A DNA stretch of 64,000 nt. Origin: Microcoleaceae cyanobacterium. Lineage in GTDB: Bacteria > Cyanobacteriota > Cyanobacteriia > Cyanobacteriales > Microcoleaceae. How positions within the stretch are numbered: position 1 is the first letter of the stretch; each line of letters begins with the position of its first letter. Made by a program: the position numbers and the translations under genes. The notes under the pieces are model-generated. The model was not told the origin of the DNA. It made no database searches and was given only the letters and a program-made list of their open reading frames with translations. The stretch lies in the NCBI GenBank assembly GCA_051652765.1, contig JBOFUV010000071.1:1-64000 (forward strand), written 5' to 3'. Shown here one piece after another: positions 10,093 to 20,414 of this stretch.

Positions 10093-11577
10093 CTAGGGTA
10101 AATCCGTGCTACCCATCAAATAGCGATCGCACTCCCGTGCCACCTGCCGACCTTCGTTAAATGCCCAAACGACCAAACTTTGGCCCCGACGACAATCTCC
10201 CGCCGCAAACACCCCTGGAAGACTGGTGGCATAATTGCCATAATCCGCTTTGATATTACTGCGTCCATCCCGTTCCAGTCCGAGGGCATCGAGCAAAGGC
10301 TGTTCGGGGCCGAGGAAACCCATTGCGAGGAGCACTAATTGCGCTGGATGAACTTGTTCTGTACCGGGGATGTGTTGAGGAATGAACCGACCCTGTTCAT
10401 CTCGCTCCCACTGAATCTGAACAGTGTGGAGGGCTTTGACTTGTCCGTTATCGTCTGCGGTAAATTTTGTGGCGGTTGTCAGGTAAGCTCGAGGATCGGC
10501 ACCGAACTTAGCTGCAGCCTCCTCCTGACCGTAGTCCATTTTGTAAACTTTGGGATATTCTGGCCAAGGATTATTAGTCGCCCGTTCCAGAGGAGGTTTG
10601 GGCATGATTTCCAATTGCACAACACTGTTGCAACCGTGACGCAGAGAGGTTCCGACACAATCAGTTCCAGTATCGCCGCCGCCAATGATAATTACATCCT
10701 TACCTGCGGCGGAAATAAAACTGCTGTTCTGATGGCGATCTAGCACTGCCTTGGTGTTCCCAGTCAGGAATTCCATGGCAAAGTGAATCCCTTTCAGATC
10801 CCGACCTTCAATAGGAAGGTCACGGGGTTTGGTGGCTCCTGTGCAGAGAATAACCGCATCGAATTCGTTTAACAACTGTTCGGCAGGTAGATCTTTGCCA
10901 ATTTCAGTATTGCAAATGAATTTTACTCCTTCCTCTTCTAACAATTTAATCCGCCGTAGCACGACCTGTTCCTTTTCCAGCTTCATATTGGGAATCCCGT
11001 ACATCAGCAATCCCCCCGGACGATCCGCCCGTTCAAATACGGTGATCCAGTGTCCAGCTCGGTTGAGTTGGGCGGCGGCTGACAATCCTGCTGGGCCAGA
11101 ACCGATGATGGCGACTGTCTTGCCTGTGCGTTTTCCTGGGGGTTCGGGGGTAATCCAGCCTTCGTTCCATCCCCGATCTACAATGGAGCATTCAATGGTT
11201 TTGATCGTGACAGGGGGGTTATGAATCCCGAGCACACACGCTCCTTCACAGGGAGCTGGACACACCCGCCCGGTAAATTCCGGAAAGTTGTTGGTCTTGT
11301 GCAGCCGTTCTAGGGCCTCCTGCCAGAGTCCCCGATAAACCAAGTCATTCCACTCGGGGATAAGGTTGTTAATCGGACAGCCGCTCGCCAAGCCATTAAT
11401 GGCAATTCCCGTGTGACAGAAGGGGGTGCCACAGTCCATGCATCGCGCCCCTTGGGTCTTGAGTTTGTCATCGGGCATGGGCAGATGAAATTCATCCCAA
11501 TTCTGAATGCGTTTCAAGGGTTCAAGCTCTGCAGGCAGTTCCCGCACAAATTCGATAAATCCGGTTGGTTTTCCCAT
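10093..11577 (-). CDS. gltD: NADH-dependent glutamate synthase small subunit
   Basis: [49 protein letters not shown]. Confidence 0.95.
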   Translation of the reverse strand: MGKPTGFIEFVRELPAELEPLKRIQNWDEFHLPMPDDKLKTQGARCMDCGTPFCHTGIAINGLASGCPINNLIPEWNDLVYRGLWQEALERLHKTNNFPEFTGRVCPAPCEGACVLGIHNPPVTIKTIECSIVDRGWNEGWITPEPPGKRTGKTVAIIGSGPAGLSAAAQLNRAGHWITVFERADRPGGLLMYGIPNMKLEKEQVVLRRIKLLEEEGVKFICNTEIGKDLPAEQLLNEFDAVILCTGATKPRDLPIEGRDLKGIHFAMEFLTGNTKAVLDRHQNSSFISAAGKDVIIIGGGDTGTDCVGTSLRHGCNSVVQLEIMPKPPLERATNNPWPEYPKVYKMDYGQEEAAAKFGADPRAYLTTATKFTADDNGQVKALHTVQIQWERDEQGRFIPQHIPGTEQVHPAQLVLLAMGFLGPEQPLLDALGLERDGRSNIKADYGNYATSLPGVFAAGDCRRGQSLVVWAFNEGRQVARECDRYLMGSTDLP

Positions 11578-11717
11578 AATTCAGTGTTTCCTCTAAACGG
11601 TATGAAGCTTTTCTGACAATTTTGGTTTTTGATAATCGTACTGGATTAGTTGTTAGTCCAACAGCCAAGTAAATAACAGTTTGACAGTAAGCTTAATTAT
11701 TCACAAAATCTGGCAGG

Positions 11718-11751
11718 TTTTTTGCAGGTTTTTGCAAAAACCTGCAAAAAA
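11718..11751. repeat. perfect 34-bp loopless palindrome
   Basis: TTTTTTGCAGGTTTTTG|CAAAAACCTGCAAAAAA. Confidence 0.9.
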
Positions 11752-11754
11752 TCA

Positions 11755-11792
11755 TCGGCATCTTGCCTCTAAAGGTAAGATGCCGACACCAC
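11755..11792. repeat. REP-like hairpin; possible sigC terminator
   Basis: TCGGCATCTTGCC-tctaaa-GGTAAGATGCCGA-caccac; related to copies near 17055 and 30057. Confidence 0.6.
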
Positions 11793-11854
11793 GTTTATCC
11801 TTCACTTATACTTTACACTTCAAGTCAAATCACTTCCGCCAAGGCCAGGAAACC

Positions 11855-13171
11855 CTAGCCCAAGGATTCTAGATAGTCTCGAACTCGGTTACGGCGCTTC
11901 GGTTGGCGCAACTTTTGCAAAGCTTTTGCTTCAATTTGACGAACCCGTTCACGGGACAGTTCTAAAGCTCGGCCAATGTCTGCCAGAGAATAGGCTTGAC
12001 CATCACCCAAACCGTAGCGCATCTGGATCACATCTCGCTCGCGGTCACTCAAATCAACCAGAAGCTGTTGCAAATCGCGATGCAGCGATTCCCGCATCAA
12101 CATTTCTTCTGGAGACACTTCCTCGGTTTCCAAGAGTTCTCCCAGTTCTGTATCTTTGTCACTACCAACCTTTGTTTCCAGGGAGATAGAGCGGGGAACC
12201 TTGAGCAACACTTCCCGAACTTGAGCCGCAGTCATCTTCAGCTCCTTGGCGATGTCTTCGATGCTGGCGATCCGGCCATTTTCTTGGGAGAGCTTGCGTT
12301 GAGCTTTCTTGATTTTGTTGAGTTTCTCAGTAATGTGAACTGGAAGGCGAATGGTGCGGCTCTGAGTGGCGATCGCCCGAGTGATCCCTTGACGAATCCA
12401 CCAGTAAGAATAAGTACTAAATCGATACCCTCGCTTTGGATCAAACTTCTCGACCGCCCGCTCTAGACCCAGGGTTCCTTCTTGAATCAAGTCCAACAGT
12501 TCTAAGCCCCGATTTTGATACTTCTTCGCCACTGAAACCACAAGACGAAGGTTCGCCCTGATCATATGATCTTTAGCGCGAATGCCTTGAGTTTGAATTT
12601 GCTCGAGCTGCTTTACCGTAATTCCAGCTAGGTCAGCCCAGTAGCGTTTGCCTGCTGTCAGCGTGGGCTTGAGTTCCAATACATCAATCTCGGCAACTTT
12701 TGCCCAGCGCTCAAAGGAAGGATGATGGCCGAGCTGAGCCACTAGTTGGTCGCGCACCCGAACTAATTTGACGTAGAGTTGGATGGTGATCAGTAGCGTA
12801 TAAACCTGCAGGGCAATCTGAAGAGCTTGAACATTCCCCAAGGTGTTAACGTTACCCTGGATAAGCTGCGTGTGCAACTCTGAAGATAACTCTTCCTTCT
12901 CGGCAATCGTATTTCGCAACTCAACAAGCTGCAAGTGTTCTTGAACTCTTTGGGCTTCTGAAACTTCTTCATCCCGTCCCAGTAATTGGACACGACCAAT
13001 TTCTTGAAGGTAAAGCCTTACTAGGTCAGTTGTACGCCGGTTGGCAGGCTTTTCAGCTTGGCTGATCTCTAGGTCTTCCAAGTCTTCTGCCTCAGTCAGC
13101 TCATCGGCGGACGGAGAAAGATCGGCAAAGTTTGGCTCAAGTTCAATGTCTATGATGTTGGTGGCTGGCAT
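11855..13171 (-). CDS. sigC: group 2 RNA polymerase sigma factor, SigC-like
   Basis: RRTTDLVRLYLQEIGRV, ANLRLVVSVAKKYQNRGL, SRERVRQIE. Confidence 0.85.
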   Translation of the reverse strand: MPATNIIDIELEPNFADLSPSADELTEAEDLEDLEISQAEKPANRRTTDLVRLYLQEIGRVQLLGRDEEVSEAQRVQEHLQLVELRNTIAEKEELSSELHTQLIQGNVNTLGNVQALQIALQVYTLLITIQLYVKLVRVRDQLVAQLGHHPSFERWAKVAEIDVLELKPTLTAGKRYWADLAGITVKQLEQIQTQGIRAKDHMIRANLRLVVSVAKKYQNRGLELLDLIQEGTLGLERAVEKFDPKRGYRFSTYSYWWIRQGITRAIATQSRTIRLPVHITEKLNKIKKAQRKLSQENGRIASIEDIAKELKMTAAQVREVLLKVPRSISLETKVGSDKDTELGELLETEEVSPEEMLMRESLHRDLQQLLVDLSDRERDVIQMRYGLGDGQAYSLADIGRALELSRERVRQIEAKALQKLRQPKRRNRVRDYLESLG

Positions 13172-13543
13172 AGTATTCTCTCAGTGTTTCTGGGTAACAA
13201 GATTGACTTACGAGGGTCTATTAAGATAGTGCCCACTTTGGGAAAGCTATCGATCACACTTTGAGCGTTCACATTCTGAATATTTTGCTCTCACCTACAA
13301 AATCCCCTTGTTTAGGCAGTCTTGTACATTTCAGGCAGTTCAAATCTAGTCACTTTTCCCGAACTAATCTCTAGTATAGAGATTTGTCTATTGGGAGGAA
13401 GTGACCTCCGTCAAAGCCCAAGCTAATCTTCATCACCCTCAATACTCGTTCCCGATCACGCACCCAAAATCCGGAGAGTCGGTGAAAATCAGAGTCAGTG
13501 AAAATTCAATCAAAGTGGCCATTTTAGCCAGAATTCCTTCACG

Positions 13544-14413
13544 TTATCGAGGATAGCGCTGCATCAGTCCTCTTACTTGTTCTGCATGATAGGAACTGCG
13601 GGTCAAAGGAGATGCCACAACCTGTAAAAAACCCAGAGACTCCCCAAAGATGCGCCACTGCTCAAACTGTTCTGGGGGAATAAACATGGCCACGGAAAGA
13701 TGCTTTGGTGTTGGCTGTAAATATTGTCCTAGGGTGAGAATGTCACACTCAACCGATCTCAAATCTATCATCGTTTCTTGAACTTCGGCATCTATTTCGC
13801 CCAAACCCACCATAATTCCTGACTTGGTATAGACCTGCGGAGAGAGTTGGCGCGATCGCCGCAACAGTTCTAGACTGCGTTGATAATCTCCCTGGGGACG
13901 AACTCGACGATAGAGGCGTTGAATCGTTTCTGTATTGTGATTAAGAACCTCTGGCTTGGCATCTAGAATTGTCTCCAGTGCCATCCAATTGCCACACAAA
14001 TCTGGGATTAAGACTTCAATCGTAGTCTGAGGAGACTGAGAACGAACAGCCTCAATACATCGTACAAACTGATCTGCCCCGCCATCGGGCAAATCATCGC
14101 GATTCACAGACGTAATGACCACATGGTTCAAGTGCATCCGTCGAACTGCTTCTGCTAACCGTTCGGGTTCCGTTGCATCTAAAGGTTGAGGCTTTTTCTC
14201 GAAGTCAATATCACAGTAGGGACAAGCACGAGTACAAGCAGGCCCCATAATCAAAAATGTTGCCGTGCCTGCCTGAAAACATTCCCCAATATTCGGGCAA
14301 GAGGCTTCTTCGCAGACTGTATTCAAACCTAAATCTCGCAGGGTGGTTTTGACTTGACCGACTCTCTCCCATTGCGGTGCTTTAACTCTCAACCAGTCTG
14401 GTTTAACAACCAC
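13544..14413 (-). CDS. lipA: lipoyl synthase
   Basis: [20 protein letters not shown] radical-SAM motif, RSSYHA. Confidence 0.96.
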   Translation of the reverse strand: MVVKPDWLRVKAPQWERVGQVKTTLRDLGLNTVCEEASCPNIGECFQAGTATFLIMGPACTRACPYCDIDFEKKPQPLDATEPERLAEAVRRMHLNHVVITSVNRDDLPDGGADQFVRCIEAVRSQSPQTTIEVLIPDLCGNWMALETILDAKPEVLNHNTETIQRLYRRVRPQGDYQRSLELLRRSRQLSPQVYTKSGIMVGLGEIDAEVQETMIDLRSVECDILTLGQYLQPTPKHLSVAMFIPPEQFEQWRIFGESLGFLQVVASPLTRSSYHAEQVRGLMQRYPR

Positions 14414-14524
14414 GCTAACAGTTCCTTATATTGACTTACGTGTTTAGTCCAATGATCCCATCCTAACTAAACTTCTGAGAAAACCACAGTCCTAACCCAG
14501 GTAAGTTACATAGATTTCAGTATT

Positions 14525-14540
14525 CGGGATGTAGCGCAGC
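14525..14540 (+). pseudogene. isolated 5' fragment of a tRNA-Pro gene
   Basis: CGGGATGTAGCGCAGC matches the first 16 nt of cyanobacterial tRNA-Pro (recalled). The sequence diverges within the D-loop, with no anticodon or T arm. Confidence 0.6.
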
Positions 14541-14743
14541 CACCTCAGAGCCAACTTATCAGCAATCCCAAGCTTGACTGTTCAGTCACTCTAAACTCTT
14601 CAATATTCCTGTGCCAAAAAGATGGAGTTTGGAAGTTGGATCGGTTGGGGCGATCGCTTAAGTATTTCATCGAACGTATCAATCGTATCAATACCTTGAA
14701 ATCACGGCCTCCTTTGCCTGAGAATTTAGATCATTAAATACCC

Positions 14744-16639
14744 TTAGGACGGCTCTTGAAACCACTCTTTAAACTGCTTTTGAAAGGGAAAAGGCTGCTT
14801 TAAAAACTCCTCGGCGATTGTGCTCTCAACTGGTTGTGCTAACAGATACCCTTGAGCAAACTCACAGCCTAATTCTGCAAGTCGCTGAAGCTGAGTTTCC
14901 GTTTCAACACCTTCTGCAACAACGTTCATCCCCAGACTATGGGCTAGAGTAACAATCATTTTAACCATTTCCAAGCTCCCTGCATCGGTTTCCATGCGCT
15001 TGATAAATGCCCGATCAATTTTCAAGGTATCAATCGGAAATTCATGCAAGCGGCTGAGGGATGAATAACCTGTACCAAAATCATCGATACAGAGCTGAAT
15101 TCCTAGATCTCTTAGCTGTTGAAGAATTTGTACTTGAGCGTTAATATTCTCTAGCAAACAGCTTTCAGTAATTTCGAGTTTGATGCTATTTCCGGATAAT
15201 TCAGTCGCTTCTAAGATCGCTTTAACATTTTTGACTAGATCTGCTTGCTTGAGCTGAATTGCAGAAAGGTTGATGTTGAGCATTAAGGGTTCCTTTCTGG
15301 GGAAATTTTTCTGCCAGGATCGCAACTGGCGGCAGGCTTCCTGAAATACCCACCATCCTAAAGGGGTAATTAATCCGGTTTCCTCAGCTACAGGGATAAA
15401 TTTCAGGGGAGAGATCGTGCCTTGGTTCGGGGTAGGCCAGCGAGCCAAGGCTTCAAAGCTACTCAAACGACCTGTTCCGATTTCAACAATCGGTTGATAA
15501 TGCAGACAAAAATCTTCCTGGTCGATGGCTCGTCTGAGATCATTCTCAAATTGCAAGCGTTCCATGGCGCTAGCTTGAATAGCTGGATCAAAAATCACAT
15601 ATTGACCTTTCCCTTGGGATTTGGCACGGTACATTGCGGCATCAGCGTCCCGAAGTACCTCTTCTGGCGCTTGATACTGAACTGTGCTGAAGACAATACC
15701 AATGCTCGCTCCCGTATGCACCTCATATCCATTGAGTTGAAACGGTTTGGCTAGCTGCTCCTGAATTCGCTGGACAATTCGGAGCACATCATGAATATCG
15801 GTCAGGTCTTCTAGGAGAATCACAAATTCATCTCCGCCAAAGCGGGCAACGGTATCTGAAATCCGGATGCAGCTTTTTAAGCGTTCGGCGACTTCTTGCA
15901 ATAAATAATCACCGAAAGAATGCCCTAGACCATCATTCACAACCTTGAAGCGATCTAAGTCAATGAACAATACAGCATATAAGTAGTTGGGATTGCGTTG
16001 AGCCAGAGAGAGACTATGCTGCAATAAATGAATCAGCCAAGTTCGGTTGGGTAACCCGGTAAGGGCATCATGAACGGCATCGTATTCGAGTTGAGCTTTA
16101 ACTTGTTCGAGTTGATGCTGCTTATCCCTAATTTTTTGAACAAAACTTAATGTTTTTTTGATCGTGGCTTCCAAATCTCGAAAGTCAATGGGCTTCGTGA
16201 GAAAGTCAAAAGCGCCCCGGTTCATGGCGGTTCTGATGTTGGGCAAATCACCGTAAGCTGAGACAACAACCGCTTTGATATTATCATCCAGATTAGAGAG
16301 TTCTCCCAGTAGAGTTAAGCCATCCATTTCCGGCATATTAATATCGGTAAGAACGATATCAATTTTGCATTCCTGTTTGATTTTTTTCAGGGCTTCTACT
16401 CCATTATGAACAAAGACAAAGTCAAATTCTTTTGCCCGAATATTTTTCCGAAACCGCTGTTTGATCAGGCGTTGAAGCTCGATTTCGTCATCAACGACTA
16501 AGATTTTGGCAGTCTGGATCTCTTCATCTTCACTTTCACCCATTTGCGATAGAACAGCAGAATTTGCCGAGTTTTGATCGGGAGTATCAATCAGAGTATT
16601 TTCAGAATCTAGAATATCAGAAATCATTATAGCTCTCAC
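14744..16639 (-). CDS. REC-GGDEF-EAL diguanylate cyclase/phosphodiesterase
   Basis: ILVVDDE/DINMP receiver, RFGGDEF, FEALARW, DDFGTGYSS. Confidence 0.93.
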   Translation of the reverse strand: MRAIMISDILDSENTLIDTPDQNSANSAVLSQMGESEDEEIQTAKILVVDDEIELQRLIKQRFRKNIRAKEFDFVFVHNGVEALKKIKQECKIDIVLTDINMPEMDGLTLLGELSNLDDNIKAVVVSAYGDLPNIRTAMNRGAFDFLTKPIDFRDLEATIKKTLSFVQKIRDKQHQLEQVKAQLEYDAVHDALTGLPNRTWLIHLLQHSLSLAQRNPNYLYAVLFIDLDRFKVVNDGLGHSFGDYLLQEVAERLKSCIRISDTVARFGGDEFVILLEDLTDIHDVLRIVQRIQEQLAKPFQLNGYEVHTGASIGIVFSTVQYQAPEEVLRDADAAMYRAKSQGKGQYVIFDPAIQASAMERLQFENDLRRAIDQEDFCLHYQPIVEIGTGRLSSFEALARWPTPNQGTISPLKFIPVAEETGLITPLGWWVFQEACRQLRSWQKNFPRKEPLMLNINLSAIQLKQADLVKNVKAILEATELSGNSIKLEITESCLLENINAQVQILQQLRDLGIQLCIDDFGTGYSSLSRLHEFPIDTLKIDRAFIKRMETDAGSLEMVKMIVTLAHSLGMNVVAEGVETETQLQRLAELGCEFAQGYLLAQPVESTIAEEFLKQPFPFQKQFKEWFQEPS

Positions 16640-16882
16640 CTCATATTACAGATGGCATGATCATTTGTTATGACAAGTTTGGCAGTCCACATCATTAATT
16701 TCTGATTATCCTAAGAATAAAAGTTATATCCTACTTCATCTTACAAAGCCTTTGTGAAAAAGATGTGAACTAGTTAGAATTGATCTTAAAGAACTTACTT
16801 TTACGGGTCTTAAGGCTTCCGATCATTAGTATCCCAGATGCTATAAAAGTTTGACTTCACCTAACTGGGTGATTCTTTAAAC

Positions 16883-16946
16883 AAAAGTTTAGCTAAAGCT
16901 TAGATAAAGTCTAGCTAAAGCTTGGCTAAAGTTCCGATAAGTTTAG
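16883..16946. repeat. imperfect 11-bp tandem repeat (about 6 copies)
   Basis: ctaaagcttag/ataaagtctag/ctaaagcttgg/ctaaagttccg. Confidence 0.7.
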
Positions 16947-17054
16947 TTGATGCCAATCCAGTTAAACATTGAAGATAGCAGCTAGAGAATGTTTGATGAA
17001 ATATCTAATGAAATCTCTATAGTAATATCTGTGGTTCAAGCCCTGTAGCCTATA

Positions 17055-17075
17055 CGGGCAAGATGCCCACTCCAC
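17055..17075 (+). repeat. REP-like element
   Basis: CGGGCAAGATGCCCACTCCAC hairpin. Confidence 0.55.
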
Positions 17076-17514
17076 GCCTGCAGGTCGATTAAACCGGCTT
17101 TTGTCCGACCTAGCGATCGCCGATCTCTAGGTCAATGAGCAATAGTGTAAAAATTCATAATGCTACCGACAAAACCGGCACACTCACTGACATTTGAGCA
17201 GAAGCTTTCACTAAGCACTGAGGGTATAATCCTACAATGCAAAAATTTTCATTGTGCTAATCCCCCAAAACTCAAGACATGCAGTTCCGTTTAAGGTTGC
17301 TAGAGCCAGGATTTAAGCCAAATCGTATTTAATGATCAGAAAAGACAACTCTCTAATTAGCTGAAGTCAAGCAAGATTTATCTTAAAGTTACGTGAAGTT
17401 CATCTTCGGTTAAAATTGATTAGAGATAAATTAATAATCACTTACTTTTTTGTTTAACGACCTGATTTAGTACTGCTTGAATCAACGGATGTACCTGTCA
17501 ACCCAACTTAGGAG

Positions 17515-17802
17515 ATGGCTATGACTGAACGTGATGACTTCCTCTACCCTCGTGGCCGTTATTACGGTAAATTCAACCCTCAAAATCTAGCATTCAATGC
17601 CAACTTACAAGAATTTACCCAGAAGATAAGCTACATTTGTGCCCTAGAAACGAGTGGCAAGCTTTCTCCAACAGATGCCTATAAACAAATTAAATCGTTG
17701 TGGAAACAACTGAAGCGATCTAAAAAAGATCTAGGCATTGGGGAAGAGGTTCCAGGGCCTCATTCAACAGAAAATGATGATCCCCCTGAAGACAACTCTT
17801 AA
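17515..17802 (+). CDS. conserved cyanobacterial small protein (DUF7219-like), copy 1
   Basis: FLYPRGRYYGKFNPQNLAFNANLQEF...LETSGKLSP; AGGAG upstream of the second Met. Confidence 0.8.
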   Translation: MAMTERDDFLYPRGRYYGKFNPQNLAFNANLQEFTQKISYICALETSGKLSPTDAYKQIKSLWKQLKRSKKDLGIGEEVPGPHSTENDDPPEDNS

Positions 17803-17945
17803 ACTGATTAAGGGACAAGAATTTCAGTCTGTTTAATCCCAAATATTTAGTCCCAAATATTAAAATCAATCCAGTTACTATTGACCACTTCTTGAGTTAA
17901 CGTATATGTGTGCTAAGCCTGTCAAATTTAACTCAGGAGAGAATC

Positions 17946-18209
17946 ATGACTGAACGGGACGAATTCCTTTATCCTCGCAGCCGTTACTACGGTAAATTCA
18001 ACCTGAAAAATTTAACCTTTAACTCGAACTTACAAGAATTTGCCCAGAGAGTAAACTATTTATGTGCGCTAGAAACGAATGGTAAAATTACCTCAGAGGA
18101 AGCTTATGCACAGATCAAAGACCTCTGGCATCAAGTAAAAGCTTCCAAGAAAAATTTAGGAATTGGAGAAGATCCTCTATCTCCTAATTCAGAGGAAGAC
18201 ATCCCCTAA
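17946..18209 (+). CDS. conserved cyanobacterial small protein (DUF7219-like), copy 2
   Basis: Paralog of the upstream gene; AGGAG RBS before ATG 17946. Confidence 0.8.
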   Translation: MTERDEFLYPRSRYYGKFNLKNLTFNSNLQEFAQRVNYLCALETNGKITSEEAYAQIKDLWHQVKASKKNLGIGEDPLSPNSEEDIP

Positions 18210-18251
18210 TCTGCTATGATTTACTAGCTTAGAGACAGCTTCAAGTTGAGA

Positions 18252-19208
18252 ATGCTTCGATCCGTTACGGTTACTGTTCCAGCAACAACTGCAAATTTAG
18301 GGCCGGGTTTTGACTGCCTTGGTGCTGCATTAACGTTGCACAACACCCTGACGTTTTCTGTGATGGAGCCTGGGGCTGAAGCACAAACCTTAAGAATTGT
18401 GGTTCGGGGCCTAGAAGCAGATCGAGTTGTGACTACTGAGCAAAACCTTGCCTATCAAGCCTTTGTGAGACTTTACCAGCACCTGGGACAATCCCCCCCA
18501 CCCCTAGATCTCGAGCTAGATCTAGGGGTTCCTTTGGCGAGAGGCTTAGGCAGTTCTGCCACTGCTATTATTGGGGGATTAGTGGGTGCAAACACACTGA
18601 CTGGCAACCCCTTGGGTTCAGCAGAGCTAATAAAATTGGCCATCGATTTGGAAGGGCATCCGGACAATGTTGTTCCAGCTCTCCTGGGGAATTGTCAACT
18701 TTGTGTCTCTTCAGACTCCAATCTGTCTAGTTCTAGCCCGTGGGAAATCTGTGAGATTCCTTGGCATGAGAGTATTATTCCGATTGTTGCTATTCCTGAC
18801 TTTGAGCTTTCGACCGCCGAGGCCCGCCGAGTCTTACCGGTAACTTACAGCAAAGCCGATGCAATCTTTAACACGGCTCATCTGGGGCTGTTAGTCCGGG
18901 GACTAGAAGCAGGTAAGGAAAATTGGTTACAGATTGCCATGCAAGATCGGATTCACCAGCCCTATCGTCAAGTCCTAATTCGAGGCTATGAAACGGTTTG
19001 CCAAAGGGCTTTGCAGGCGGGAGCATACGGGGTCGTGATTAGTGGCGCAGGGCCAACTCTCCTGGCATTAACCCATGCTGAATCAGCAACGGCTGTTGCT
19101 TTAGCGATGGCCGAAGCCTGGAATCATGAAGCCGTAAAAGTTGAGGTGCGATCGCTCCAAATTGATACCCAGGGCACGAGGGTTTTGCAGCACTCCAGTA
19201 ACTCTTGA
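18252..19208 (+). CDS. thrB: homoserine kinase
   Basis: PATTANLGPGFD, PLARGLGSSA, EGHPDN, ISGAGPT. Confidence 0.96.
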   Translation: MLRSVTVTVPATTANLGPGFDCLGAALTLHNTLTFSVMEPGAEAQTLRIVVRGLEADRVVTTEQNLAYQAFVRLYQHLGQSPPPLDLELDLGVPLARGLGSSATAIIGGLVGANTLTGNPLGSAELIKLAIDLEGHPDNVVPALLGNCQLCVSSDSNLSSSSPWEICEIPWHESIIPIVAIPDFELSTAEARRVLPVTYSKADAIFNTAHLGLLVRGLEAGKENWLQIAMQDRIHQPYRQVLIRGYETVCQRALQAGAYGVVISGAGPTLLALTHAESATAVALAMAEAWNHEAVKVEVRSLQIDTQGTRVLQHSSNS

Positions 19209-19284
19209 CCAGTAACTCTTGAAGTGTAGCTGTTGAATTAGGGAGAAGGGGCAAAGCCCCTTAAATCAGCTTGCTACCAAACGA

Positions 19285-20121
19285 CTAGACGAAATCAGTC
19301 GCATCAAGGGGACGAGTAATGGCCGCATTGTTCACAACAAAGGTGATCGCTTCCCCAAAGATTCCATTCCCATTCACATCAGTAATTCCTTCTGAAATCA
19401 CAAACCCTTGGGTACTGCCAATAGTGGTGAGATTGCCGACTACAATATCACCGCCAAATCCAACCGTTGGAGCGGCAAGACCCGTGATAAAGATGGTATC
19501 TCCATCCGTAGCTGAGGTGGAAAAGTCAGCAATTCGATCCACAAATGCCGGGTCAAATGTTGGCGTTTCAACACTAGGATCAATTCCAAAGCCGTCACTA
19601 TCGGGCCCACCGGTTAAGAGATCAACTCCACCATTGCCAATAATAAAGTCATTGCCCCGATCCCCGAAGATTTGATCGTTGCCATCATTTCCAGATCCAG
19701 TGTCATTGCCTTGACCGCCAAAGACAGAATCATCTCCGAGTCCGCCGAATAGATCAAAGTCATTGCCCAAATTGCCGAAGATCTGATCATTTTTAGCTTC
19801 ACCCCCTAAAACATCTGCATCCTGGCCTCCGAAAATCGTGTCTTCCGCAGGGCCGCCCAAGATAAAATCACTCCCTGTATTGCCATTAATTATTAGCTTA
19901 GAGGTGGCAGGAAAGCTAGCGGCTGTATTCAGAACATCATCTCCGGCCAATAGAAGAATCTCCAGATTACTCCCATCTACGCTTCCATTGATCAAGGCTC
20001 CCGTACTGCTACGAAGCTCAGTCGGCAGGGTAATATTATCATCTGTAGTTGTTCCTAGGGCACCATTACGATTAGCAGCAAAGCCCCCTGGAAATCCTGC
20101 ATCAACTAAAACATTTGCCAT
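19285..20121 (-). CDS. RTX/hemolysin-type Ca-binding repeat surface protein
   Basis: Multiple GGxGxDxxx nonapeptides; no Sec signal. Confidence 0.85.
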   Translation of the reverse strand: MANVLVDAGFPGGFAANRNGALGTTTDDNITLPTELRSSTGALINGSVDGSNLEILLLAGDDVLNTAASFPATSKLIINGNTGSDFILGGPAEDTIFGGQDADVLGGEAKNDQIFGNLGNDFDLFGGLGDDSVFGGQGNDTGSGNDGNDQIFGDRGNDFIIGNGGVDLLTGGPDSDGFGIDPSVETPTFDPAFVDRIADFSTSATDGDTIFITGLAAPTVGFGGDIVVGNLTTIGSTQGFVISEGITDVNGNGIFGEAITFVVNNAAITRPLDATDFV

Positions 20122-20414
20122 TCTTCTCTAGTGTCCTAAAAAATTTAAGTATACTGCTCCAGATTAAAAATAGTTCCCAATAATGTCAATCAAAATTGTG
20201 ATAACTTAACTTATACTAATGCGCTGTTTACACCCTAAAGAATAAAGTCCCCCTGCCTTTAACATCCTTCTTGATAAAAAGAATTGAGGGGGATCAAATT
20301 GATTCAAGAACGGCCAAAATAATCGATTCAATGCTTTGGCAACTGATGATTTAACCCTGATCTAATCTGACTTAACAATGTCTGAACGATATCTTAACCT
20401 TTGTCTAATCAGGT

